The position numbers and the translations under genes are program-made. The notes under the pieces are model-generated. The model made no database searches. It saw only the letters and a program-made list of their open reading frames with translations, and was not told where the DNA came from. Below, one piece after another: positions 1 through 11,649 of a DNA stretch of 64,000 bases (positions are counted from its first letter, which is position 1; the number at the start of each line of letters is the position of its first letter). This DNA comes from Eledone cirrhosa. Its lineage: Eukaryota. The stretch spans positions 34,038,001 through 34,102,000 of the forward strand of contig OZ024758.1 of the NCBI GenBank assembly GCA_964016885.1, read 5' to 3'.

Positions 1-1974
1 TTCATGGTATTAGCTGTCAGAAGTAACTCCACTGTTGGTGAGAATTCATTTAAGTTCATGGTACTAGCTGTCAGAAGTAACTCCACTGTTGGTGAGAATT
101 CATTTAAGTTCATGGTATTAGCTGTCAGAAGTAACTCCACTGTTGGTGAGAATTCATTTAAGTTCATGGTACTAGCTGTCAGAAGTAACTCCATTGTTGG
201 TGAGAATTCATTTAAGTCATGGTACTAGCTGTCAGAAGTAACTCCCCTGTTGGTGAGAATTCATTTAAGTTCATGGTACTAGCTGTCAGAAGTAACTCCA
301 CTGTTGGTGAGAATTCATTTAAGTTCATGGTACTAGCTGTCAGAAGTAACTCCACTGTTGGTGAGAATTCATTTAAGTTCATGGTACTAGCTGTCAGAAG
401 TAACTCCACTGTTGGTGAGAATTCATTTAAGTTCATGGTATTAGTTTGTCAGAAGTAACTCCACTGTTGGTGAGAATTCATTTAAGTCATGGTATTAGTT
501 GTCAGAAGTAACTCCAATGTTGGTGAGAATTCATTTAAGTCATGGTACTAGCTGTCAGAAGTAACTCCACTGTTGGTGAGAATTCATTTAAGTTCATGGT
601 ATTAGCTGTCAGAAGGAACGCCACTGTTGGTGAGAATTCATTTAAGTTCATGGTATTAGCTGTCAGAAGTAACTCCACTGTTGGTGAGAATTCATTTAAG
701 TTAATGGTACTAGCTGTTAGAAGTAACTCCAATGTTGGTGAGAATTCATTTAAGTTCATGGTATTAGCTGTCAGAAGTAACTCCACTGTTGGTGAGAATT
801 CATTTAAGTCATGGTACTAGCTGTCAGAAGTAACTCCACTGTTGGTTAGAATTCATTTAAGTTCATGGTATTAGCTGTCAGAAGGAACTCCACTGTTGGT
901 GAGAATTCATTTAAGTTCATGGTATTAGCTGTCAGAAGTAACTCCACTGTTGGTGAGAATTCATTTAAGTTCATGGTACTAGTTGTCAGAAGTAACTCCA
1001 CTGTTGGTAAGAATTCATTTTAGTTCATGGTATTAGTTGTCAGAAGTAACTCCACTGTTGGTGAGAATTCATTTAAGTCATGGTATTAGTTGTCAGAAGT
1101 AACTCCAATGTTGGTGAGAATTCATTTAAGTTCATGGTACTAGCTGTCAGAAGTAACTCCACTGTTGGTGAGAATTCATTTAAGTTCATGGTATTAGCTG
1201 TCAGAAGTAACTCCACTGTTGGTGAGAATTCATTTAAGTTCATGGTATTAGCTGTCAGAAGTAACTCCACTGTTGGTGAGAATTCATTTAAGTTCATGGT
1301 ACTAGCTGTCAGAAGTAACTCCACTGTTGGTGAGAATTCATTTAAGTTCATGGTATTAGTTTGTCAGAAGTAACTCCACTGTTGGTGAGAATTCATTTCA
1401 GTCATGGTATTAGCTGTCAGAAGTAACTCCATTGTTGGTGAGAATTCATTTAAGTCATGGTACTAGCTGTCAGAAGTAACTCCCCTGTTGGTGAGAATTC
1501 ATTTAAGTTCATGGTACTAGCTGTCAGAAGTAACTCCACTGTTGGTGAAAATTCATTTAAGTTCATGGTACTAGCTGTCAGAAGTAACTCCACTGTTGGT
1601 GAGAATTCATTTAAGTTCATGGTACTAGCTGTCAGAAGTAACTCCACTGTTGGTGAGAATTCATTTAAGTTCATGGTATTAGTTTGTCAGAAGTAACTCC
1701 ACTGTTGGTGAGAATTCATTTAAGTCATGGTATTAGTTGTCAGAAGTAACTCCAATGTTGGTGAGAATTCATTTAAGTCATGGTACTAGCTGTCAGAAGT
1801 AACTCCACTGTTGGTGAGAATTCATTTAAGTTCATGGTATTAGCTGTCAGAAGTCACTCCAATGTTGGTGAGAATTCATTTAAGTTCATGGTACTAGCTG
1901 TCAGAAGTAACTCCACTGTTGGTGAGAATTCATTTAAGTTCATGGTACTAGCTGTCAGAAGTAACTCCACTGTT

Positions 1975-4420
1975 GGTGAGAATTCATTTAAGTTCATGGT
2001 ATTAGCTGTCAGAAGTAACTCCACTGTTGGTGAGAATTCATTTAAGTTCATGGTACTAGTTGTCAGAAGTAACTCCACTGTTGGTAAGAATTCATTTTAG
2101 TTCATGGTATTAGTTGTCAGAAGTAACTCCACTGTTGGTGAGAATTCATTTAAGTCATGGTATTAGTTGTCAGAAGTAACTCCAATGTTGGTGAGAATTC
2201 ATTTAAGTTCATGGTACTAGCTGTCAGAAGTAACTCCACTGTTGGTGAGAATTCATTTAAGTTCATGGTATTAGCTGTCAGAAGTAACTCCACTGTTGGT
2301 GAGAATTCATTTAAGTTCATGGTACTAGCTGTCAGAAGTAACTCCAATGTTGGTGAGAATTCATTTAAGTTCATGGTATTAGCTGTCAGAAGTAACTCCA
2401 CTGTTGGTGAGAATTCATTTAAGTTCATGGTACTAGCTGTCAGAAGTAACTCCACTGTTGGTGAGAATTCATTTAAGTTCATGGTATTAGCTGTCAGAAG
2501 TCACTCCAATGTTGGTGAGAATTCATTTAAGTTCATGGTATTAGCTGTCAGAAGTCACTCCACTGTTGGTGAGAATTCATTTAAGTTCATGGTATTAGCT
2601 CTCAGAAGTAACTCCACTGTTGGTGAGAATTCATTAAGTTCATGGTACTAGATGTCAGAAGTAACTCCACTGTTGGTAAGAATTCATTTTAGTTCATGGT
2701 ATTAGTTGTCAGAAGTAACTCCACTGTTGGTGAGAATTCATTTAAGTCATGGTATTAGTTGTCAGAAGTAACTCCAATGTTGGTGAGAATTCATTTAAGT
2801 TCATGGTACTAGCTGTCAGAAGTAACTCCACTGTTGGTGAGAATTCATTTAAGTTCATGGTATTAGCTGTCAGAAGTAACTCCACTGTTGGTGAGAATTC
2901 ATTTAAGTCATGGTATTAGCTGTCAGAAGTAACTCCATTGTTGGTGAGAATTCATTTAAGTCATGGTACTAGCTGTCAGAAGTAACTCCACTGTTGGTGA
3001 GAATTCATTTAAGTTCATGGTACTAGCTGTCAGAAGTAACTCCACTGTTGGTGAGAATTCATTTAAGTTCATGGTACTAGCTGTCAGAAGTAACTCCACT
3101 GTTGGTGAGAATTCATTTAAGTTCATGGTACTAGCTGTCAGAAGTAACTCCAATGTTGGTGAGAATTCATTTAAGTTCATGGTATTAGCTGTCAGAAGTA
3201 ACTCCACTGTTGGTGAGAATTCATTTAAGTTCATGGTACTAGCTGTCAGAAGTAACTCCACTGTTGGTGAGAATTCATTTAAGTTCATGGTATTAGCTGT
3301 CAGAAGTCACTCCAATGTTGGTGAGAATTCATTTAAGTTCATGGTATTAGGTGTCAGAAGTCACTCCACTGTTGGTGAGAATTCATTTAAGTTCATGGTA
3401 TTAGCTGTCAGAAGTAACTCCACTGTTGGTGAGAATTCATTTAAGTTCATGGTACTAGTTGTCAGAAGTAACTCCACTGTTGGTAAGAATTCATTTTAGT
3501 TCATGGTATTAGTTGTCAGAAGTAACTCCACTGTTGGTGAGAATTCATTTAAGTCATGGTATTAGTTGTCAGAAGTAACTCCAATGTTGGTGAGAATTCA
3601 TTTAAGTTCATGGTACTAGCTGTCAGAAGTAACTCCACTGTTGGTGAGAATTCATTTAAGTTCATGGTATTAGCTGTCAGAAGTAACTCCACTGTTGGTG
3701 AGAATTCATTTAAGTTCATGGTACTAGCTGTCAGAAGTAACTCCAATGTTGGTGAGAATTCATTTAAGTTCATGGTATTAGCTGTCAGAAGTAACTCCAC
3801 TGTTGGTGAGAATTCATTTAAGTTCATGGTACTAGCTGTCAGAAGTAACTCCACTGTTGGTGAGAATTCATTTAAGTTCATGGTATTAGCTGTCAGAAGT
3901 CACTCCAATGTTGGTGAGAATTCATTTAAGTTCATGGTATTAGCTGTCAGAAGTCACTCCACTGTTGGTGAGAATTCATTTAAGTTCATGGTATTAGCTG
4001 TCAGAAGTAACTCCACTGTTGGTGAGAATTCATTAAGTTCATGGTACTAGTTGTCAGAAGTAACTCCACTGTTGGTAAGAATTCATTTTAGTTCATGGTA
4101 TTAGTTGTCAGAAGTAACTCCACTGTTGGTGAGAATTCATTTAAGTCATGGTATTAGTTGTCAGAAGTAACTCCAATGTTGGTGAGAATTCATTTAAGTT
4201 CATGGTACTAGCTGTCAGAAGTAACTCCACTGTTGGTGAGAATTCATTTAAGTTCATGGTATTAGCTGTCAGAAGTAACTCCACTGTTGGTGAGAATTCA
4301 TTTAAGTCATGGTATTAGCTGTCAGAAGTAACTCCATTGTTGGTGAGAATTCATTTAAGTCATGGTACTAGCTGTCAGAAGTAACTCCACTGTTGGTGAG
4401 AATTCATTTAAGTTCATGGT
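1975..4420 (+). repeat. Higher-order duplication, offset 1,399 bp (26 monomers); boundaries approximate
   Basis: ORF pairs 2150/3549 and 2157/3556 and the same order of variant monomers, including the CATTAAG deletion near 2635/4034. A few private differences occur (CTCTC ~2601, AGATG ~2652). Confidence 0.8.
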
Positions 4421-5899
4421 ATTAGCTGTCAGAAGGAACGCCACTGTTGGTGAGAATTCATTTAAGTTCATGGTATTAGCTGTCAGAAGTAACTCCACTG
4501 TTGGTGAGAATTCATTTAAGTTCATGGTACTAGCTGTCAGAAGTAACTCCACTGTTGGTGAGAATTCATTTAAGTTCATGGTATTAGCTGTCAGAAGTAA
4601 CTCCACTGTTGGTGAGAATTCATTTAAGTTCATGGTACTAGCTGTCAGAAGTAACTCCATTGTTGGTGAGAATTCATTTAAGTTCATGGTACTAGCTGTC
4701 AGAAGTAACTCCACTGTTGGTGAGAATTCATTTAAGTTCATGGTACTAGCTGTCAGAAGTAACTCCACTGTTGGTGAGAATTCATTTAAGTTCATAGTAC
4801 TAGCTGTCAGAAGTAACTCCACTGTTGGTGAGAATTCATTTAAGTTCATGGTATTAGTTTGTCAGAAGTAACTCCACTGTTGGTGAGAATTCATTTAAGT
4901 CATGGTATTAGTTGTCAGAAGTAACTCCAATGTTGGTGAGAATTCATTTAAGTCATGGTACTAGCTGTCAGAAGTAACTCCACTGTTGGTGAGAATTCAT
5001 TTAAGTTCATGGTATTAGCTGTCAGAAGGAACGCCACTGTTGGTGAGAATTCATTTAAGTTCATGGTATTAGCTGTCAGAAGTAACTGCACTGTTGGTGA
5101 GAATTCATTTAAGTTAATGGTACTAGCTGTTAGAAGTAACTCCAATGTTGGTGAGAATTCATTTAAGTTCATGGTATTAGCTGTCAGAAGTAACTCCACT
5201 GTTGGTGAGAATTCATTTAAGTTCATGGTACTAGCTGTCAGAAGTAACTCCACTGTTGGTGAGAATTCATTTAAGTTCATGGTACTAGCTGTCAGAAGTA
5301 ACTCCACTGTTGGTGAGAATTCATTTAAGTTCATGGTACTAGCTGTCAGAAGTAACTCCAATTTTGGTGAGAATTCATTTAAGTTCATGGTATTAGCTGT
5401 CAGAAGTAACTCCACTGTTGGTGAGAATTCATTTAAGTTCATGGTACTAGCTGTCAGAAGTAACTCCACTGTTGGTGAGAATTCATTTAAGTTCATGGTA
5501 TTAGCTGTCAGAAGTCACTCCAATGTTGGTGAGAATTCATTTAAGTTCATGGTATTAGGTGTCAGAAGTCACTCCACTGTTGGTGAGAATTCATTTAAGT
5601 TCATGGTATTAGCTGTCAGAAGTAACTCCACTGTTGGTGAGAATTCATTTAAGTTCATGGTACTAGTTGTCAGAAGTAACTCCACTGTTGGTGAGAATTC
5701 ATTTAAGTTCATGGTACTAGCTGTCAGAAGTAACTCCACTGTTGGTGAGAATTCATTTAAGTTCATGGTATTAGCTGTCAGAAGTCACTCCAATGTTGGT
5801 GAGAATTCATTTAAGTTCGTGGTATTAGCTGTCAGAAGTAACTCCACTGTTGGTGAGAATTCATTTAAGTTCATGGTATTAGCTGTCAGAAGTAACTCC

Positions 5900-8800
5900 A
5901 CTGTTGGTGAGAATTCATTTAAGTTCATGGTATTAGCTGTCAGAAGGAACTCCACTGTTGGTGAGAATTCATTTAAGTTCATGGTATTAGCTGTCAGAAG
6001 TAACTCCACTGTTGGTGAGAATTCATTTAAGTTCATGGTACTAGTTGTCAGAAGTAACTCCACTGTTGGTAAGAATTCATTTTAGTTCATGGTATTAGTT
6101 GTCAGAAGTAACTCCACTGTTGGTGAGAATTCATTTAAGTCATGGTATTAGTTGTCAGAAGTAACTCCAATGTTGGTGAGAATTCATTTAAGTTCATGGT
6201 ACTAGCTGTCAGAAGTAACTCCACTGTTGGTGAGAATTCATTTAAGTTCATGGGATTAGCTGTCAGAAGTAACTCCACTGTTGGTGAGAATTCATTTAAG
6301 TTCATGGTATTAGCTGTCAGAAGTAACTCCACTGTTGGTGAGAATTCATTTAAGTTCATGGTACTAGCTGTCAGAAGTAACTCCACTGTTGGTGAGAATT
6401 CATTTAAGTTCATGGTATTAGTTTGTCAGAAGTAACTCCACTGTTGGTGAGAATTCATTTAAGTCATGGTATTAGCTGTCAGAAGTAACTCCACTGTTGG
6501 TGAGAATTCATTTAAGTTCATGGTATTAGCTGTCAGAAGTAACTCCACTGTTGGTGAGAATTCATTTCAGTCATGGTATTAGCTGTCAGAAGTAACTCCA
6601 TTGTTGGTGAGAATTCATTTAAGTCATGGTACTAGCTGTCAGAAGTAACTCCCCTGTTGGTGAGAATTCATTTAAGTTCATGGTACTAGCTGTCAGAAGT
6701 AACTCCACTGTTGGTGAGAATTCATTTAAGTTCATGGTACTAGCTGTCAGAAGTAACTCCACTGTTGGTGAGAATTCATTTAAGTTCATGGTACTAGCTG
6801 TCAGAAGTAACTCCACTGTTGGTGAGAATTCATTTAAGTTCATGGTATTAGTTTGTCAGAAGTAACTCCACTGTTGGTGAGAATTCATTTAAGTCATGGT
6901 ATTAGTTGTCAGAAGTAACTCCAATGTTGGTGAGAACTCATTTAAGTCATGGTACTAGCTGTCAGAAGTAACTCCACTGTTGGTGAGAATTCATTTAAGT
7001 TCATGGTATTAGCTGTCAGAAGTCACTCCAATGTTGGTGAGAATTCATTTAAGTTCATGGTACTAGCTGTCAGAAGTAACTCCACTGTTGGTGAGAATTC
7101 ATTTAAGTTCATGGTACTAGCTGTCAGAAGTAACTCCACTGTTGGTGAGAATTCATTTAAGTTCATGGTACTAGCTGTCAGAAGTAACTCCAATGTTGGT
7201 GAGAATTCATTTAAGTTCATGGTATTAGCTGTCAGAAGTAACTCCACTGTTGGTGAGAATTCATTTAAGTTCATGGTACTAGCTGTCAGAAGTAACTCCA
7301 CTGTTGGTGAGAATTCATTTAAGTTCATGGTATTAGCTGTCAGAAGTCACTCCAATGTTGGTGAGAATTCATTTAAGTTCATGGTATTAGGTGTCAGAAG
7401 TCACTCCACTGTTGGTGAGAATTCATTTAAGTTCATGGTATTAGCTGTCAGAAGTAACTCCACTGTTGGTGAGAATTCATTTAAGTTCATGGTACTAGTT
7501 GTCAGAATTAACTCCACTGTTGGTAAGAATTCATTTTAGTTCATGGTATTAGTTGTCAGAAGTAACTCCACTGTTGGTGAGAATTCATTTAAGTCATGGT
7601 ATTAGTTGTCAGAAGTAACTCCAATGTTGGTGAGAATTCATTTAAGTTCATGGTACTAGCTGTCAGAAGTAACTCCACTGTTGGTGAGAATTCATTTAAG
7701 TTCATGGTATTAGCTGTCAGAAGTAACTCCACTGTTTGTGAGAATTCATTTAAGTTCATAGTACTAGCTGTCAGAAGTAACTCCAATGTTGGTGAGAATT
7801 CATTTAAGTTCATGGTATTAGCTGTCAGAAGTAACTCCACTGTTGGTGAGAATTCATTTAAGTTCATGGTACTAGCTGTCAGAAGTAACTCCACTGTTGG
7901 TGAGAATTCATTTAAGTTCATGGTATTAGCTGTCAGAAGTCACTCCAATGTTGGTGAGAATTCATTTAAGTTCATGGTATTAGCTGTCAGAAGTCACTCC
8001 ACTGTTGGTGAGAATTCATTTAAGTTCATGGTATTAGCTGTCAGAAGTAACTCCACTGTTGGTGAGAATTCATTAAGTTCATGGTACTAGTTGTCAGAAG
8101 TAACTCCACTGTTGGTAAGAATTCATTTTAGTTCATGGTATTAGTTGTCAGAAGTAACTCCACTGTTGGTGAGAATTCATTTAAGTCATGGTATTAGTTG
8201 TCAGAAGTAACTCCAATGTTGGTGAGAATTCATTTAAGTTCATGGTACTAGCTGTCAGAAGTAACTCCACTGTTGGTGAGAATTCATTTAAGTTCATGGT
8301 ATTAGCTGTCAGAAGTAACTCCACTGTTGGTGAGAATTCATTTAAGTCATGGTATTAGCTGTCAGAAGTAACTCCATTGTTGGTGAGAATTCATTTAAGT
8401 CATGGTACTAGCTGTCAGAAGTAACTCCACTGTTGGTGAGAATTCATTTAAGTTCATGGTACTAGCTGTCAGAAGTAACTCCACTGTTGGTGAGAATTCA
8501 TTTAAGTTCATGGTACTAGCTGTCAGAAGTAACTCCACTGTTGGTGAGAATTCATTTAAGTTCATGGTACTAGCTGTCAGAAGTAACTCCACTGTTGGTG
8601 AGAATTCATTTAAGTTCATTGTATTAGCTGTCAGAAGTCACTCCAATGTTGGTGAGAATTCATTTAAGTTCGTGGTATTAGCTGTCAGAAGTAACTCCAC
8701 TGTTGGTGAGAATTCATTTAAGTTCATGGTATTAGCTGTCAGAAGTAACTCCACTGTTGGTGAGAATTCATTTAAGTTCATGGTATTAGCTGTCAGAAGT

Positions 8801-11400
8801 AACTCCAATGTTGGTGAGAATTCATTTAAGTCATGGTACTAGCTGTCAGAAGTAACTCCACTGTTGGTTAGAATTCATTTAAGTTCATGGTATTAGCTGT
8901 CAGAAGGAACTCCACTGTTGGTGAGAATTCATTTAAGTTCATGGTATTAGCTGTCAGAAGTAACTCCACTGTTGGTGAGAATTCATTTAAGTTCATGGTA
9001 CTAGTTGTCAGAAGTAACTCCACTGTTGGTAAGAATTCATTTTAGTTCATGGTATTAGTTGTCAGAAGTAACTCCACTGTTGGTGAGAATTCATTTAAGT
9101 CATGGTATTAGTTGTCAGAAGTAACTCCAATGTTGGTGAGAATTCATTTAAGTTCATGGTACTAGCTGTCAGAAGTAACTCCACTGTTGGTGAGAATTCA
9201 TTTAAGTTCATGGTATTAGCTGTCAGAAGTAACTCCACTGTTGGTGAGAATTCATTTAAGTTCATGGTATTAGCTGTCAGAAGTAACTCCACTGTTGGTG
9301 AGAATTCATTTAAGTTCATGGTACTAGCTGTCAGAAGTAACTCCACTGTTGGTGAGAATTCATTTAAGTTCATGGTATTAGTTTGTCAGAAGTAACTCCA
9401 CTGTTGGTGAGAATTCATTTAAGTCATGGTATTAGCTGTCAGAAGTAACTCCACTGTTGGTGAGAATTCATTTAAGTTCATGGTATTAGCTGTCAGAAGT
9501 AACTCCACTGTTGGTGAGAATTCATTTCAGTCATGGTATTAGCTGTCAGAAGTAACTCCATTGTTGGTGAGAATTCATTTAAGTCATGGTACTAGCTGTC
9601 AGAAGTAACTCCCCTGTTGGTGAGAATTCATTTAAGTTCATGGTACTAGCTGTCAGAAGTAACTCCACTGTTGGTGAGAATTCATTTAAGTTCATGGTAC
9701 TAGCTGTCAGAAGTAACTCCACTGTTGGTGAGAATTCATTTAAGTTCATGGTACTAGCTGTCAGAAGTAACTCCACTGTTGGTGAGAATTCATTTAAGTT
9801 CATGGTATTAGTTTGTCAGAAGTAACTCCACTGTTGGTGAGAATTCATTTAAGTCATGGTATTAGTTGTCAGAAGTAACTCCAATGTTGGTGAGAATTCA
9901 TTTAAGTCATGGTACTAGCTGTCAGAAGTAACTCCACTGTTGGTGAGAATTCATTTAAGTTCATGGTATTAGCTGTCAGAAGTCACTCCAATGTTGGTGA
10001 GAATTCATTTAAGTTCATGGTACTAGCTGTCAGAAGTAACTCCACTGTTGGTGAGAATTCATTTAAGTTCATGGTACTAGCTGTCAGAAGTAACTCCACT
10101 GTTGGTGAGAATTCATTTAAGTTCATGGTACTAGCTGTCAGAAGTAACTCCAATGTTGGTGAGAATTCATTTAAGTTCATGGTATTAGCTGTCAGAAGTC
10201 ACTCCAATGTTGGTGAGAATTCATTTAAGTTCATGGTATTAGGTGTCAGAAGTCACTCCACTGTTGGTGAGAATTCATTTAAGTTCATGGTATTAGCTGT
10301 CAGAAGTAACTCCACTGTTGGTGAGAATTCATTTAAGTTCATGGTACTAGTTGTCAGAAGTAACTCCACTGTTGGTAAGAATTCATTTTAGTTCATGGTA
10401 TTAGTTGTCAGAAGTAACTCCGCTGTTGGTGAGAATTCATTTAAGTCATGGTATTAGTTGTCAGAAGTAACTCCAATGTTGGTGAGAATTCATTTAAGTT
10501 CATGGTACTAGCTGTCAGAAGTAGCTCCACTGTTGGTGAGAATTCATTTAAGTTCATGGTATTAGCTGTCAGAAGTAACTCCACTGTTGGTGAGAATTCA
10601 TTTAAGTTCATGGTATTAGCTGTCAGAAGTAACTCCAATGTTGGTGAGAATTCATTTAAGTTCATGGTATTAGCTGTCAGAAGTAACTCCACTGTTGGTG
10701 AGAATTCATTTAAGTTCATGGTACTAGCTGTCAGAAGTAACTCCACTGTTGGTGAGAATTCATTTAAGTTCATGGTATTAGCTGTCAGAAGTCACTCCAA
10801 TGTTGGTGAGAATTCATTTAAGTTCATGGTATTAGCTGTCAGAAGTCACTCCACTGTTGGTGAGAATTCATTTAAGTTCATGGTATTAGCTGTCAGAAGT
10901 AACTCCACTGTTGGTGAGAATTCATTAAGTTCATGGTACTAGTTGTCAGAAGTAACTCCACTGTTGGTAAGAATTCATTTTAGTTCATGGTATTAGTTGT
11001 CAGAAGTAACTCCACTGTTGGTGAGAATTCATTTAAGTCATGGTATTAGTTGTCAGAAGTAACTCCAATGTTGGTGAGAATTCATTTAAGTTCATGGTAC
11101 TAGCTGTCAGAAGTAACTCCACTGTTGGTGAGAATTCATTTAAGTTCATGGTATTAGCTGTCAGAAGTAACTCCACTGTTGGTGAGAATTCATTTAAGTC
11201 ATGGTATTAGCTGTCAGAAGTAACTCCATTGTTGGTGAGAATTCATTTAAGTCATGGTACTAGCTGTCAGAAGTAACTCCACTGTTGGTGAGAATTCATT
11301 TAAGTTCATGGTACTAGCTGTCAGAAGTAACTCCACTGTTGGTGAGAATTCATTTAAGTTCATGGTACTAGCTGTCAGAAGTAACTCCACTGTTGGTGAG
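5900..11400 (+). repeat. Higher-order duplication, offset 2,960 bp (55 monomers), changing to 2,852 bp after a 2-monomer (108-bp) indel; boundaries approximate
   Basis: ORF pairs 6135/9095, 6619/9579 and 6949/9909 have offset 2960. Pairs 7589/10441 and 8395/11247 have offset 2852. CATTTCAG is shared at ~6568/9528. Confidence 0.8.
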
Positions 11401-11649
11401 AATTCATTTAAGTTCACGGTACTAGCTGTCAGAAGTAACTCCAATGTTGGTGAGAATTCATTTAAGTTCATGGTATTAGCTGTCAGAAGTAACTCCACTG
11501 TTGGTGAGAATTCATTTAAGTTCATGGTACTAGCTGTCAGAAGTAACTCCACTGTTGGTGAGAATTCATTTAAGTTCATGGTATTAGCTGTCAGAAGTCA
11601 CTCCAATGTTGCTGAGAATTCATTTAAGTTCATGGTATTAGGTGTCAGA

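Noticed and set aside
1-54. tRNA, snoRNA, miRNA, ribozyme or telomeric repeat origin of the monomer
   Set aside because: I see no cloverleaf, Pol III A/B boxes, hammerhead core, long hairpin or G-rich telomere motif. An Rfam scan would be needed to exclude these formally.
5815-5831. CENP-B-box-like motif in the TTCGTGGTATTAGCT variant
   Set aside because: It matches TTCG....A but has AGCT instead of CGGG, giving 6 of 9 core bases. That is not enough to call a CENP-B box.
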